Positions 38,218 through 47,957 of a DNA stretch of 64,000 nt are shown here, piece by piece. The stretch covers positions 2,784,001 to 2,848,000 of the forward strand of contig OZ244922.1 in the NCBI GenBank assembly GCA_965221905.1, in the 5' to 3' direction. Under the pieces are notes generated by a model, which searched no databases, had not been told where the DNA came from, and worked only from the letters and a program-made list of their open reading frames with translations. The position numbers and the translations under genes are program-made. Source of the DNA: Chloroflexota bacterium (GTDB lineage: Bacteria; Chloroflexota; UBA11872; VXOZ01). The first letter of the stretch is position 1. Every line of letters begins with the position of its first letter.

Positions 38218-39327
38218 TCACACAATAGCGACTTCCTGCGGGATCGTCCCCAAGCGCTCAAACCCATCGCTCCTCAGCACATACATGTCCTCCTCCAGCC
38301 AGGAGGACTCCAGAGAGACCACGTTGCCTTCCGCAAACGAAATCTCCGGCCTCACATCAACGGCAGAGGGCAGCAAGCTGCCTATCAACGGTTCCTCGTG
38401 CTTATCCATGCCCACGCCGTGAATCCACCACGAGTACTCCTCCGTATCGCTGAACTCGCGTTGGCAGGCATCGAATACTTCGCGCTTGGTCTTCCCCGGA
38501 CGCACGAATTCTTCCATGAAGAGTTGGCGCTCGCGGTGATTCTGCCAGACGGCCAGGCTCTCCTTGCGCGGCGTACCCACACAGAAGTTGAATTTTTGAT
38601 CGGAAAAGTAGCCGGCGGCGATAGCGGCAAGGTCGACGCGGTACACCAACCCCGCTTCCACCACGCCGGGACCGCGGATCACCGCTGCACCCGGCTGATC
38701 CCGCGAGCTGGAACCGGCGTGGGGCAGCATCCACGACACCGGAGACGTATTGATGGGCAAGGCACCGTTATCAAGCACTGACTTCGCCCATACCGTCACG
38801 AGGTCTTGAAACGTGATGCCCACACGCACCTCCCGCAGCATTTCTCGGTATCCAGATTCGGAGGCGGCAATTGCTTTGCGTAGCCATTGAATCTCCTGTG
38901 GCGTCTTGCGCGCCCGCGCGTCGGCAAGCAAGAGATCGGCGGAGACAAACGTGGCTTCCGGCAGCAGTTCTCTAAGCCGCTCCAAATCGCTCACCGCGGC
39001 AAAGTCCATGTCCAGACCGATACGCGCCCGTGCCAGGCCGCGTTGGCGCATCTCATCCGCCAGCGCCGTCAAACGCGCCGCACGGGTGTGGTCGGGCCCT
39101 AAGCTGTCAACCGGCAAGTCTGTATCCCGGAATCGACTGCCGAACGTAAACGACCGATCGGGAGGTATAAGGCACGTCATCCATGGCGCTAAGCCCTGCG
39201 GCTCATTGAGCCACGGGCCCTCGCTAATTGCACCCGCCAAATAAGCGCAATTCCGCATGCCCAGGACAAGCAGCGCGTCAAACTGCTGCTCCGCCATAGA
39301 CTGTGTTATGCGCACAAAGTCAGCCAT
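38218..39327 (-). CDS. M24 family metallopeptidase (Xaa-Pro/creatinase fold)
   Basis: RARKTPQEI, metal ligands VDL, YFSD, HGVG...HE.P, SLE, EED; start uncertain (39327 or 39351). Confidence 0.8.
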   Translation of the reverse strand: MADFVRITQSMAEQQFDALLVLGMRNCAYLAGAISEGPWLNEPQGLAPWMTCLIPPDRSFTFGSRFRDTDLPVDSLGPDHTRAARLTALADEMRQRGLARARIGLDMDFAAVSDLERLRELLPEATFVSADLLLADARARKTPQEIQWLRKAIAASESGYREMLREVRVGITFQDLVTVWAKSVLDNGALPINTSPVSWMLPHAGSSSRDQPGAAVIRGPGVVEAGLVYRVDLAAIAAGYFSDQKFNFCVGTPRKESLAVWQNHRERQLFMEEFVRPGKTKREVFDACQREFSDTEEYSWWIHGVGMDKHEEPLIGSLLPSAVDVRPEISFAEGNVVSLESSWLEEDMYVLRSDGFERLGTIPQEVAIV

Positions 39328-39464
39328 GCTCGACACCCAAGTCAATCCCAAGAAATGTTCACGCCTTGCCGAGAGACAAATTCCGCCGGAGAAACTGGAC
39401 TGGTCGGTCAGTATTCATTGGCCATGCCACTCCTACACATCGAATAGGCCCAGCATACGGGGCT

Positions 39465-40544
39465 CTATTGACTCTCCCATAGCTCCTTATAGGCCGCATA
39501 TGCGGCTCGCGTCAGTTCGCCCAACTTGTCACTGCGCGCCTCCCAGTCGCTCACTGAGCGAAATGAGAACAGGATCTCTTCCGTCACCCGGTCCGTTACC
39601 TGTGCGCTACGTGGGGTGCGCGTCTCATATGGCATTTCTTGAGCATCCAGCTGATCGAAACTCTCCTTGCAGAGATCAATTGCCCAAGGATAGAATCGCA
39701 CCTTGACGGAATTCTGCCCCTTGTCTACTTCAATGGACGAGAAAGCATTATAGGAATAGCCTCCCGCTTCAGTCGGTTTAGACAGGTAGTAAGTAATTCC
39801 TGTCTTTCTTGGTTCTGGATAGGGATCCGAATACTTCCCTTGTACAATTTCCTTCCAGGACGTAGAGAACATCTCACGCGCAGCAGCCACTAGGTCGTCT
39901 ACGCCCACCTCCCTAGCTAGACTCTTTAGCGAACGCCATAGCTCCTCCCGCGATCTGCCAGGAGCAACCTCTTCTTTCGCAGCCACCTGCACCTGTTTGG
40001 CTAGCAAGGTTTTGCCAAGATATTCAAACCCGTAGAAAGTAAGCAAGGAGATGTCTATGCCGTGCTCGGCCAGATAGTCCACCATGCGCCGAGTTGCGTC
40101 ATCCGTTCCAAGTCCAACTAGGTACATTCGGAGTGGCCGCAGCGAGTCCAGCGAGCCCCTGAACCCTTCCCTGTACCATTCCACAAAGTCGTCGATCTTC
40201 TCTATTTCAGAATGGCCGGAGTTTTCAGTGATAAGGGCTGCCAATTCGCTCTCGCTCATGGCTTCAAGTGCAGAGCCATAGTCTATTACCTGCGCCACCG
40301 CCTCTCGGGATAGCGTGCCGCGCTTTAGCTCGAAAACCACGAGCCTGCCTTCACCATCTAATCCGAGTATATCCAGGAATCCGTCACCTACAGGTGTTTG
40401 GCGACCTATCAACTTTAGGTTCGGCTGCAACATCTCTGGATGCGCGACGAGCGTGTCCTCCAGACTACTCTCCAAGTCCATCGCTGTACGCTCTAATCGC
40501 ACTATCTGAGAGTCTTCAATTGCCCAGACCTCAATTTCATCCAT
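39465..40544 (-). CDS. NucS/DUF91-like PD-(D/E)xK nuclease-domain protein
   Basis: E..LED, GRQ, LDILGLD..GRLVVFELKR, AQVIDY; lower GC; ATG 40544 with GAGG. Confidence 0.8.
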   Translation of the reverse strand: MDEIEVWAIEDSQIVRLERTAMDLESSLEDTLVAHPEMLQPNLKLIGRQTPVGDGFLDILGLDGEGRLVVFELKRGTLSREAVAQVIDYGSALEAMSESELAALITENSGHSEIEKIDDFVEWYREGFRGSLDSLRPLRMYLVGLGTDDATRRMVDYLAEHGIDISLLTFYGFEYLGKTLLAKQVQVAAKEEVAPGRSREELWRSLKSLAREVGVDDLVAAAREMFSTSWKEIVQGKYSDPYPEPRKTGITYYLSKPTEAGGYSYNAFSSIEVDKGQNSVKVRFYPWAIDLCKESFDQLDAQEMPYETRTPRSAQVTDRVTEEILFSFRSVSDWEARSDKLGELTRAAYAAYKELWESQ

Positions 40545-40595
40545 TTGCAACCTCAATGATGATGGGAATCGTACCCACAAAGACGTCAATCGTCA

Positions 40596-42434
40596 CTAGA
40601 CTCCGGCTTTCGCCGGAGTGACGGTGGGCTCCAGCCAGATTGGGCTCGTCCACGCGCGATTGCCGTCCTGCTGGCGCACGCGCAGGTAGCAATAGTGGGC
40701 GTCCATAGGAGAAAACCGCAGCGGCACCTCGTCCTCCAATTGCACGTGCTGCTGACTGGGTGTGTAACTTCTGGCCGTGTCGCCGTTCACCACCAGGTCG
40801 ATCTGTTCGATGTCTGCCGTACCCACCACGTCCGCCGTAAAGCCAAAGCGGTCCGCCTGCACTGTGGAACCCACCCACGCGCCGTTCACGCGAAAATCAA
40901 CGATCATGCGCACGCCGCTTGTAGCGTAGCAGCGCCGGTTGAAGAGCGCATCGAAGATGGACGGTCTGTCCAGCCGTTCCGCCCACACGCCGGTTAGCCC
41001 GGCTACACCAGCCAGCGGCCCCGGTTCTTTGTAGGGATTGGCAGGCCGGCTGTCGTGGGTGTCGCTCCCGCTCACGAAGCCGAGCTTCACGCCTTGCATC
41101 AGGTACTGGTTGATCTTCTCTTCCTCCACCTCGCCGTCCGTTCTCTGCTTCTGATAGATCTCCGCCAGATGTTCTTGGACGTAGAAGTGTGTATGGAAGT
41201 GACCGTGCATTAGAGCTCCGCGGCGTTTCATTTCGCGGTAGAACTCTTGATAGTCGTTGCAGAAGACCGTGTCAGGGTGGAAACGCGCTTGGAGTCTCGG
41301 ATCGTGGGCCGCGGGCCGATCTTCGCAGAAAACCGGGGGCTGTCCCGCAATCTCTGGGAAGAAGGCATGCCGGTGACTGCCGTCGGGGGTGGTGCCGAAC
41401 TCCGCTGAAGGCAGCGCGACGAATTCCCCAGGTAGGTCATACTGCTGCCATGCGTCCTGAAGCGCTTCCCAAGTTTCTTTGATAGAAATACTGTAGGAGA
41501 ACAACTGGCCTCCGGCAAAGTCCAGGTCATTCACATCTTTGCCCCAGGCGAAGTGCTCGACGAAGGGGCGTTGGCTGAAGAGCATGCCGTGGGGATCACC
41601 CCAATAGAGCGAGAAGGGCGGCGGCTCTTCTGCGACCCGCACCGGGTTGCTCACGGCCTCGATGCCCCGATACGACGCCGTGACACTGTCTACCAGTCCC
41701 CGCACGGCTATCGTCCCTTCGGCGCTAAACGAATTAAGCGCGACCGTAGTCTTGCCACTGCCGGAACGCAAGGTCACCTCTCCCTGGGCATCGCGCACAG
41801 GATTGCCAAACCTATCGGTGACGACAACGCGAGTGGTCGCCTGCCCCGTGGTGTGAGAAGGCGTGGTTACTTGCAGGGCCGCCGGTTCAGCCTCCTTAAT
41901 CGCGAGCGGATTGCTCTCCAGCAAGGATAGTTCCGTATTCCGCGGCAGAAAGTAGTGGTGTTTGTCGCGTTCCGGGTGGTAGAACGTAAGCTCGCCAGAC
42001 GGGTCCTCGACCAGCCAAAACCGAAAGGCGTCGATGGCATTGCGGGGTAGCAGGAAGCCGTCAGGAGCAGTCTGCAGTTTCACCGTAACACTCTCTGCGG
42101 CCGTCACCGCGCCCTCAACGCACGTCACATGCACCACGTGGAGGAATTCAGGCGCCGGGAAATGAATATCAAACGTCCGCACCACGCCGCCACCAACGAG
42201 CGCCTCGGCCTCCCATGCCGATCCCGTCGGCCCGTGCACCGCAATCGATTCTGGCGACTCGAAGTTAAGCACCCACTCGTCAAGCTGGCGAATGTCGAAG
42301 AAGAACCAGAGATTCCCACCCGTCTGCAGGCCACCCGCCGGCGGCGTGTAGTGAAGCTGCAGCGTGACCGCTTCAGCAACTCGCAGCGGACCATCTACAC
42401 TGACCCGGAATCGCCCATTCACCCCCAAAGACAT
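40596..42434 (-). CDS. DUF3604-like PHP-fold protein, paralogue A
   Basis: YWGDPH, SGSDTHD, GLTGVWA, AL.NRRCYATSG, YLRV.Q.DG..AW.SPIW. Confidence 0.75.
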   Translation of the reverse strand: MSLGVNGRFRVSVDGPLRVAEAVTLQLHYTPPAGGLQTGGNLWFFFDIRQLDEWVLNFESPESIAVHGPTGSAWEAEALVGGGVVRTFDIHFPAPEFLHVVHVTCVEGAVTAAESVTVKLQTAPDGFLLPRNAIDAFRFWLVEDPSGELTFYHPERDKHHYFLPRNTELSLLESNPLAIKEAEPAALQVTTPSHTTGQATTRVVVTDRFGNPVRDAQGEVTLRSGSGKTTVALNSFSAEGTIAVRGLVDSVTASYRGIEAVSNPVRVAEEPPPFSLYWGDPHGMLFSQRPFVEHFAWGKDVNDLDFAGGQLFSYSISIKETWEALQDAWQQYDLPGEFVALPSAEFGTTPDGSHRHAFFPEIAGQPPVFCEDRPAAHDPRLQARFHPDTVFCNDYQEFYREMKRRGALMHGHFHTHFYVQEHLAEIYQKQRTDGEVEEEKINQYLMQGVKLGFVSGSDTHDSRPANPYKEPGPLAGVAGLTGVWAERLDRPSIFDALFNRRCYATSGVRMIVDFRVNGAWVGSTVQADRFGFTADVVGTADIEQIDLVVNGDTARSYTPSQQHVQLEDEVPLRFSPMDAHYCYLRVRQQDGNRAWTSPIWLEPTVTPAKAGV

Positions 42435-42537
42435 CACCAATGCTCCCTGGGCTCTACCATTTGAAGTGACGGATACACAGTACACTTGTGCTACGGCATC
42501 GTATCATAAACACACCTCTTGGCAGTAAGCAGACGAG

Positions 42538-42725
42538 AAGACGCAGCGGGCGTCCTTGCGCCAATTCGGGCTCGACCCCGGCACCTGACCGTCAGCCTGG
42601 GTCTCGTGCACGTAGTGCCAGGCCGCGCAGTCTTGGGTAAACTCGATTTCGCCCAAAGTCAAGACGCTGCACCAGCCCGGGCTTCCCACCGCGTGCCGGT
42701 CACGGCTGTTCTCTACCACGACCAC
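42538..42725 (-). pseudogene. Decayed copy of the 3' end of the 45124..46674 gene
   Basis: VVVENSRDRHAVGSPGW...WHYVHETQADGQVPGSSPNWRKDARCVF aligns with VVVKNNQDWHVVEKPGW...WYYVRVTQEDGEMAWSSPIWIEDARRIF. Confidence 0.75.
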
Positions 42726-42887
42726 AATGGCAAGCAGGACTGGTTCATGCCGTCATTCTGGCGCGGGCCGGAATCCAAGCTAACTCTTGCTGCCACGCCG
42801 TTCCCGGCCGCAATCCCCCTCTGCTACACAATACGCCGCCCGCCGCAAGACAACACCCAAGCCCTCAAGTGCATTTTTCTACGGCGC

Positions 42888-44702
42888 CTACGCCATGGTC
42901 TCCAGCCAAATTGGGCTCGTCCACGCGCGATTGCCGTCCTGCTGGCGCACGCGCAGGTAGCAGTAGTTTGCGCCGATAGGAGAGAACCGCAGCGGCACCT
43001 CATCCTCAAGCTGCACGTGCTGTCGATTTGGCGTGTAGCTTCTGGCCGTATCGCCATTTACCACCAGGTCTATCTGCTCGATGTTTGCTGTTCCGACCAC
43101 GTCCGCCGTAAACGTGAAGCTGTCGGACTCTACCGTGGAACCTATCCAACTATCGTTCACGCGAAAGTCTACGATGATGCGCACGCCGCTGGTGGCGTAG
43201 CAGCGTCGGTTGAAGAGCGCATCGAATAGTGTGGGGCGGTCCAGCCGCTCCGCCCACACACCCGTCAGTCCTCCGGGACCGGATGGCCCCGGCTCCTTAT
43301 AGGGGTTCGCGGGCCGATTGTCGTGTGTGTCGCTGCCGCTAACGATGCCAAGCTTTAGGCCCCGCATCAGGAACTGGTTGATCTTTTCTTCCTCGGTAAC
43401 CCCGTCGGTCTGCTGCTTCTGATAGATTTCGGCCAGGTGTTCCTGCACGTAGAAGTGGGTGTGGAAGTGACCGTGAATGAGCGCTCCCCGGCGTTTCATT
43501 TCCCGGTAGAATTCCTGATAATCGCGGCAGAATACGGTATCAGGATGGTACCGGGCGCGGAGCTTTGGATCGTTCGCCGCGGGACGGTCTTCACAGAAGA
43601 CCGGCGGTTGGCCCGCAATCTGCGGGAAGAAGCCGTGACGGTGACTGCCGTCGGGCCCGGTGGCGAACTCCGCCGACGGCAACGCAACGAATTCACCCGG
43701 CAGGTCATATTTCGCCCACGCGTCCTGCAACTCTTCCCAGATCTCACTGATACATATGCTGTAGGAAAAGAGCTGACCTCCCGCAAAGTCTAGATCGTTT
43801 ACGTCCTTGCCCCAGGCGAAGTGTTCGACGATGGGGCGCTGGTTGAAGAGCATGCCGTGCGGGTCACCCCAATAGAGCGTGAAAGGGTCAGTATCCTTAT
43901 CGACTCGCACCGGGTTGCTCACGGCCTCAATGCCCCGATACGAGGCCGCGACTCCATCTACAGGACCCTGCACCGGCACTGTTCCCTCAGTGCTGAACGA
44001 GTTGAGCGCCGTCGTTGTCTCGCCGCTGGCAGTCCGCAGAGAGACCTCACCTTCGGCATCCCGGACGGGATTGCCAAATCTATCGGTGACGACGACCCGT
44101 GTCGTTGCCTGCCCCGTGGCAAGAGAGGGCGTGGTCACTTGCAGCACGGCCGGTTCGGCAGCATTGATCGTGAGCGGATTGCTCTCCAAGACCGAAAGTT
44201 CCGCCTCACGCGGCAGGAAGTAGTGGTACTTATCGCGGTCGGGGTGGTAGAGGGTAAGCTCGCCTGTTGGATCCTCCACGAGCCAGAAGCGGAAAGCGTC
44301 GATGGCGTTCTGGGGAAGTATGAATCCTTCAGGAACGCTACGCAGTTGAATGGCGATGTGATCGCCTGCCGCCACTGTGCCACCGACGCACTTCACGTGC
44401 ACCGCGTGGAGGAATTCGGGGGCCGGAGAGTGAATGTCAAACGTGCGCACCGTGCCGCCATCAAGGAGCGCCTCCGCTTGCCAGGCCGTGCCTGACGGCC
44501 CGTGCACGGTAATGGCATCGGCCGTCCTATACGTCTGCCTGCGTTCGCCAAACTGACGGATGTCGTAGAAAAACCAGAGATTGCCGCCAGTCTGCATACC
44601 GCCGTCAGGAGGCGCGTAGTGCAACTCCAGAGCCACAGTCTCTGCAACCTGCAGCGGCCCTTCTACACGTACTTGAAACCGTCCGTTGGCATTCGCCGAC
44701 AT
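42888..44702 (-). CDS. DUF3604-like PHP-fold protein, paralogue B
   Basis: Full-length close paralogue of 40596..42434. Confidence 0.75.
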   Translation of the reverse strand: MSANANGRFQVRVEGPLQVAETVALELHYAPPDGGMQTGGNLWFFYDIRQFGERRQTYRTADAITVHGPSGTAWQAEALLDGGTVRTFDIHSPAPEFLHAVHVKCVGGTVAAGDHIAIQLRSVPEGFILPQNAIDAFRFWLVEDPTGELTLYHPDRDKYHYFLPREAELSVLESNPLTINAAEPAVLQVTTPSLATGQATTRVVVTDRFGNPVRDAEGEVSLRTASGETTTALNSFSTEGTVPVQGPVDGVAASYRGIEAVSNPVRVDKDTDPFTLYWGDPHGMLFNQRPIVEHFAWGKDVNDLDFAGGQLFSYSICISEIWEELQDAWAKYDLPGEFVALPSAEFATGPDGSHRHGFFPQIAGQPPVFCEDRPAANDPKLRARYHPDTVFCRDYQEFYREMKRRGALIHGHFHTHFYVQEHLAEIYQKQQTDGVTEEEKINQFLMRGLKLGIVSGSDTHDNRPANPYKEPGPSGPGGLTGVWAERLDRPTLFDALFNRRCYATSGVRIIVDFRVNDSWIGSTVESDSFTFTADVVGTANIEQIDLVVNGDTARSYTPNRQHVQLEDEVPLRFSPIGANYCYLRVRQQDGNRAWTSPIWLETMA

Positions 44703-44808
44703 AGTTCGCTGCCGCCTTTCGTCTCACTGCTTGAATTGCCTGGTATTTGACACTATGGCCCTGCGGTATCGTATCACAGGATGCGGCAAGGTGCTCTTGC
44801 TCATCGCC

Positions 44809-44979
44809 TGAAGTAGGGGCGGTTCGCCAAATGTTGGGGCGGTTCGCCAAATGTTGGGGCGGTTCGCCTGATGTTGGGGCGGTTCGCCTGCGTCGGGGCT
44901 CATCGCCTGATGTAGGGGCGGTTCGCCTGATGTAGGGGCGGTTCGCCTGATGTAGGGGCGGTTCGCGAACCGCCCCTAC
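44809..44979. repeat. Eight ~20-bp tandem REP left arms ending in a perfect 28-bp GTAG palindrome
   Basis: (TGATGTAGGGGCGGTTCGCC)-like x8; GTAGGGGCGGTTCGCGAACCGCCCCTAC at 44952..44979. Confidence 0.9.
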
Positions 44980-45123
44980 GCAGAATTGCACTCCCACGCT
45001 CGCCAACATGCAGGTACCGCATAGCACGGATGAGGATAAATTCCCGCTTGCGCGGAATTGACAGATCACATTTCCGCTTGAAAGGCAATTGCTGAGAATT
45101 GGAGAACAATCTGCGCAAATTGC

Positions 45124-46674
45124 CTAGAAAATCCGGCGCGCGTCCTCGATCCAAATGGGGCTCGACCACGCCATCTCGCCGTCTTCCTGCGTTACCCGCA
45201 CGTAATACCAGTCTGCCCGGACTTGGGGCATGTCGAGCTGGTCCAAGGTGAAAGCGCACTCCCAACCGGGCTTCTCCACCACGTGCCAGTCCTGGTTGTT
45301 CTTAACCACGACAACCTTAGCAAGCGGCGCCGTGCCGTGGACGCGCACGCGCATCTGCTTGGGCGGCGTTTGCACGCTGATGATTTCGCCCATAGGCTGA
45401 TTATCAACATCGAAGTCGAGATAAATGCGCACGCCGGTCGTGCCGATTGCACGGCGTTGCCAGAGGGAACTAAACATGGCGTCTCGTTCGCGGCGGCGTG
45501 ACCAGAGACCTGTCATGCCGGCGTGGTGGTTGAACGTGGTCAGTTTGATGGGCAAGTGCGCAATCTGCACGCTGCTCGTGGCGCGGCCGTCGTGACTCTC
45601 ACTACCGCCCACGAAGCCAAAGCGAAAGCCCTGCCGCAGTCCGTCCTGCAGAAAGTGACCGGTTGCTTCGTACGGCGGATACTCTGCTTGGGGTTCGTCC
45701 CACTGCGTGCGTTCGTTTCGTCCCTTCAGCGCAAAGGGTTCTCCCTCGTGCTCGCTACTTCCCCAATGGCTAAACACCTCCATGAGGCGCTCGAATTCCG
45801 GGTCCATGGTCTCCCAGTTGTGCCAGATGCGATTTCCCAGGCGCGCCGGGTGGTGAGGAATCGACAAAATGTCTCGGCCCGTGCGCGATATGCGACGAAA
45901 AGTGTTGAATAGGTCTTGCGGCGTGTTGGATCCCTTCCAATTGCTGGATATGAGCGGCATGTCGCCGAAGCGAAAGATGACATTGCGGTGGCCGCAGTCG
46001 GCGTCCGGCCCCCGGTTCCACGACCACTCGTAACCAAGCAACGTCACAAAGCGTTCCGGCTGGTTATAGAACTCCGCTCCTTCTTGAATCTCGCGCCATT
46101 CGTCCGTACTAAGCGCGTAATCATGGTCTGTTAAGGCCGTAAAGTCCAGATGGACCACGTCGCGCGCAAATCGATATACCTCATCGACAGTGGCAGGTCC
46201 ATAGCTCCAGAGCAGGGGGTCTGTGCGCTTGCGGCTGGGATTTTCCAGACGGTGGCAGTGCAAGTCTCCCCAATAGAGCTTGTGGTCGCCCTTGTAGAGA
46301 AACGCCGGCGCCCAACCGGGATTGCTGATGGCTTCTATGCCGGTCTCGCGGTCGCGTGCACGCACACGAAACACTCGGTCCTTCTCTGCAACATGTCCGC
46401 GCTCTGCGTGGTGACTATCGTACTCCGGCAGCATTGGCACGACCGCCGGGACCTCACCACTGGCCCCTTCCAAGGTGAGTTCCAGGTGGGCGCTCTGTTT
46501 GGGCAGGTGAAATCCCCATTGGTCCCGCAATTCAATGCCGATTTTGAATTCGCCATTGCTCACGTCCGGCGGCACAATACTGGGCACGTTCACGCGGATT
46601 TCCGCGAGTTCTGGTGTGCCTTTATAGTCCAACGGCAAGCGGATCAGGTTCGGATCGTATCTCTCTACAGCCAT
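45124..46674 (-). CDS. DUF3604 / PHP-fold metallohydrolase, paralogue C
   Basis: YWGDLHCH, ALTDHD, GYEWS, GHRNV, IPHH, GFVGGSESH; RBS AGGAG before ATG 46674. Confidence 0.8.
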   Translation of the reverse strand: MAVERYDPNLIRLPLDYKGTPELAEIRVNVPSIVPPDVSNGEFKIGIELRDQWGFHLPKQSAHLELTLEGASGEVPAVVPMLPEYDSHHAERGHVAEKDRVFRVRARDRETGIEAISNPGWAPAFLYKGDHKLYWGDLHCHRLENPSRKRTDPLLWSYGPATVDEVYRFARDVVHLDFTALTDHDYALSTDEWREIQEGAEFYNQPERFVTLLGYEWSWNRGPDADCGHRNVIFRFGDMPLISSNWKGSNTPQDLFNTFRRISRTGRDILSIPHHPARLGNRIWHNWETMDPEFERLMEVFSHWGSSEHEGEPFALKGRNERTQWDEPQAEYPPYEATGHFLQDGLRQGFRFGFVGGSESHDGRATSSVQIAHLPIKLTTFNHHAGMTGLWSRRRERDAMFSSLWQRRAIGTTGVRIYLDFDVDNQPMGEIISVQTPPKQMRVRVHGTAPLAKVVVVKNNQDWHVVEKPGWECAFTLDQLDMPQVRADWYYVRVTQEDGEMAWSSPIWIEDARRIF

Positions 46675-46989
46675 GAAATCGCTCCTAAGAAAATACGAGA
46701 TCAAGTATTAGGAGATTTTGGCCTGCAGATGCGCAGCCAATAGCATGCGGTATGTTGTGATTAACCACCGTCAAATTAACGAAAGAGTCAACTATTCGCG
46801 CACATATATCCCAGTACTATTGTAAGAATACATCAATATCGCTATCATTGGCATGCGCAGACAAAGGGAGCCAAAGAAAGCATCAGAACACCGTCTTATG
46901 TCAACGGATTCTTTGTCTCCTTGCTAACTGCTAGAATCCTCACTGCATCTCGACAAGGACTCACCTTTACAGTCATTAGGAGAACCACA

Positions 46990-47655
46990 ATGCGCACACT
47001 GATTAGATCGTTACTAGCACTGCTAGCACTGTTCTTGGTAATCACACCGGTGGCGCTTTTCGCACAAAGCGAAACAGCAAGGCAAATTGTAGAGCTGGTA
47101 TTTTCCGATGACAAGTCTTCAATCACACTTGATGATTCCGTCACAAGCACCGCAGTTGTATCTTTCACTCATGATGGCAAAGACTATCAAATGAAAGTGC
47201 CAGTCACGATCGAGATTGATGAAACCATTGCTCTTCAAGACAGCATGAGCACGACCGAAAGCGCGGCCCGCGTTGGAGTCTATGGGATTGAAGTAACGGC
47301 CTTGGCGGAGACGACTGATGAGATAGTGATAGATTACAGCAGCTTTGAGCCAAGCAGTGATGAGCACAAATTGGCGCTCGTTGGGTTTACTCTTACAAAC
47401 CTCAGTGATTCTGCCAGAGAGTTTTCCTCATGGTTCAGTGCCGAGACCCTCATCGGGATTGATGATGCTGGGCGCAAGTTTGAGAGTGAACGAATACTAG
47501 GATGCGGCGAAGTTAACCCAGGGGACAAAGTCAATTGCATAGCCGTATTCAACCTAGTGAATGAAGTGACACTAACAAAGATTGAGATTCATGCGCTTGA
47601 TGAGAATACGGTTACTTTGCCTGAAGCTGAAGAGTACGAAGAGGTAGAAGATTAG
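46990..47655 (+). CDS. Secreted acidic beta-rich protein (DUF4352-like)
   Basis: Signal peptide MRTLIRSLLALLALFLVITPVALFA; F.LTN.S, D..G..F, VNPG motifs; lower GC. Confidence 0.6.
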   Translation: MRTLIRSLLALLALFLVITPVALFAQSETARQIVELVFSDDKSSITLDDSVTSTAVVSFTHDGKDYQMKVPVTIEIDETIALQDSMSTTESAARVGVYGIEVTALAETTDEIVIDYSSFEPSSDEHKLALVGFTLTNLSDSAREFSSWFSAETLIGIDDAGRKFESERILGCGEVNPGDKVNCIAVFNLVNEVTLTKIEIHALDENTVTLPEAEEYEEVED

Positions 47656-47957
47656 TTATCGAAAAAGATAGGCGCCACATAGGAATTGAGAAGACTTCGC
47701 TAATTCATGTCTCTAGCGAAACGCGCTCGTTTGGCATTGCCACATTTGTAGTACCATCTGTGACTTGATGTCCACAGATTGCCCGCAATGCGAAGAGGCA
47801 CCCAACACCAACACCTAAGAGTGCAGAATCGGATGCCTCTCTTACGTTCAAGCAGTCACCTACTCTGGCTATTGAGCTAGTAAAGTACGCATTACCTTCG
47901 ACGTAACTCAACTGGGTAAGCCTCTCACCTGTCGTAATTTCGGCTCTTGCCCAGCCG

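Noticed and set aside
38218-39327. Creatinase call for the M24 protein
   Set aside because: It retains D, D, H, E, E metal ligands, which fits a metallopeptidase better than a creatinase.
44809-44979. Possible CRISPR array or iterons
   Set aside because: The 20-bp units are REP half-arms with no spacers, and no rep gene is nearby.
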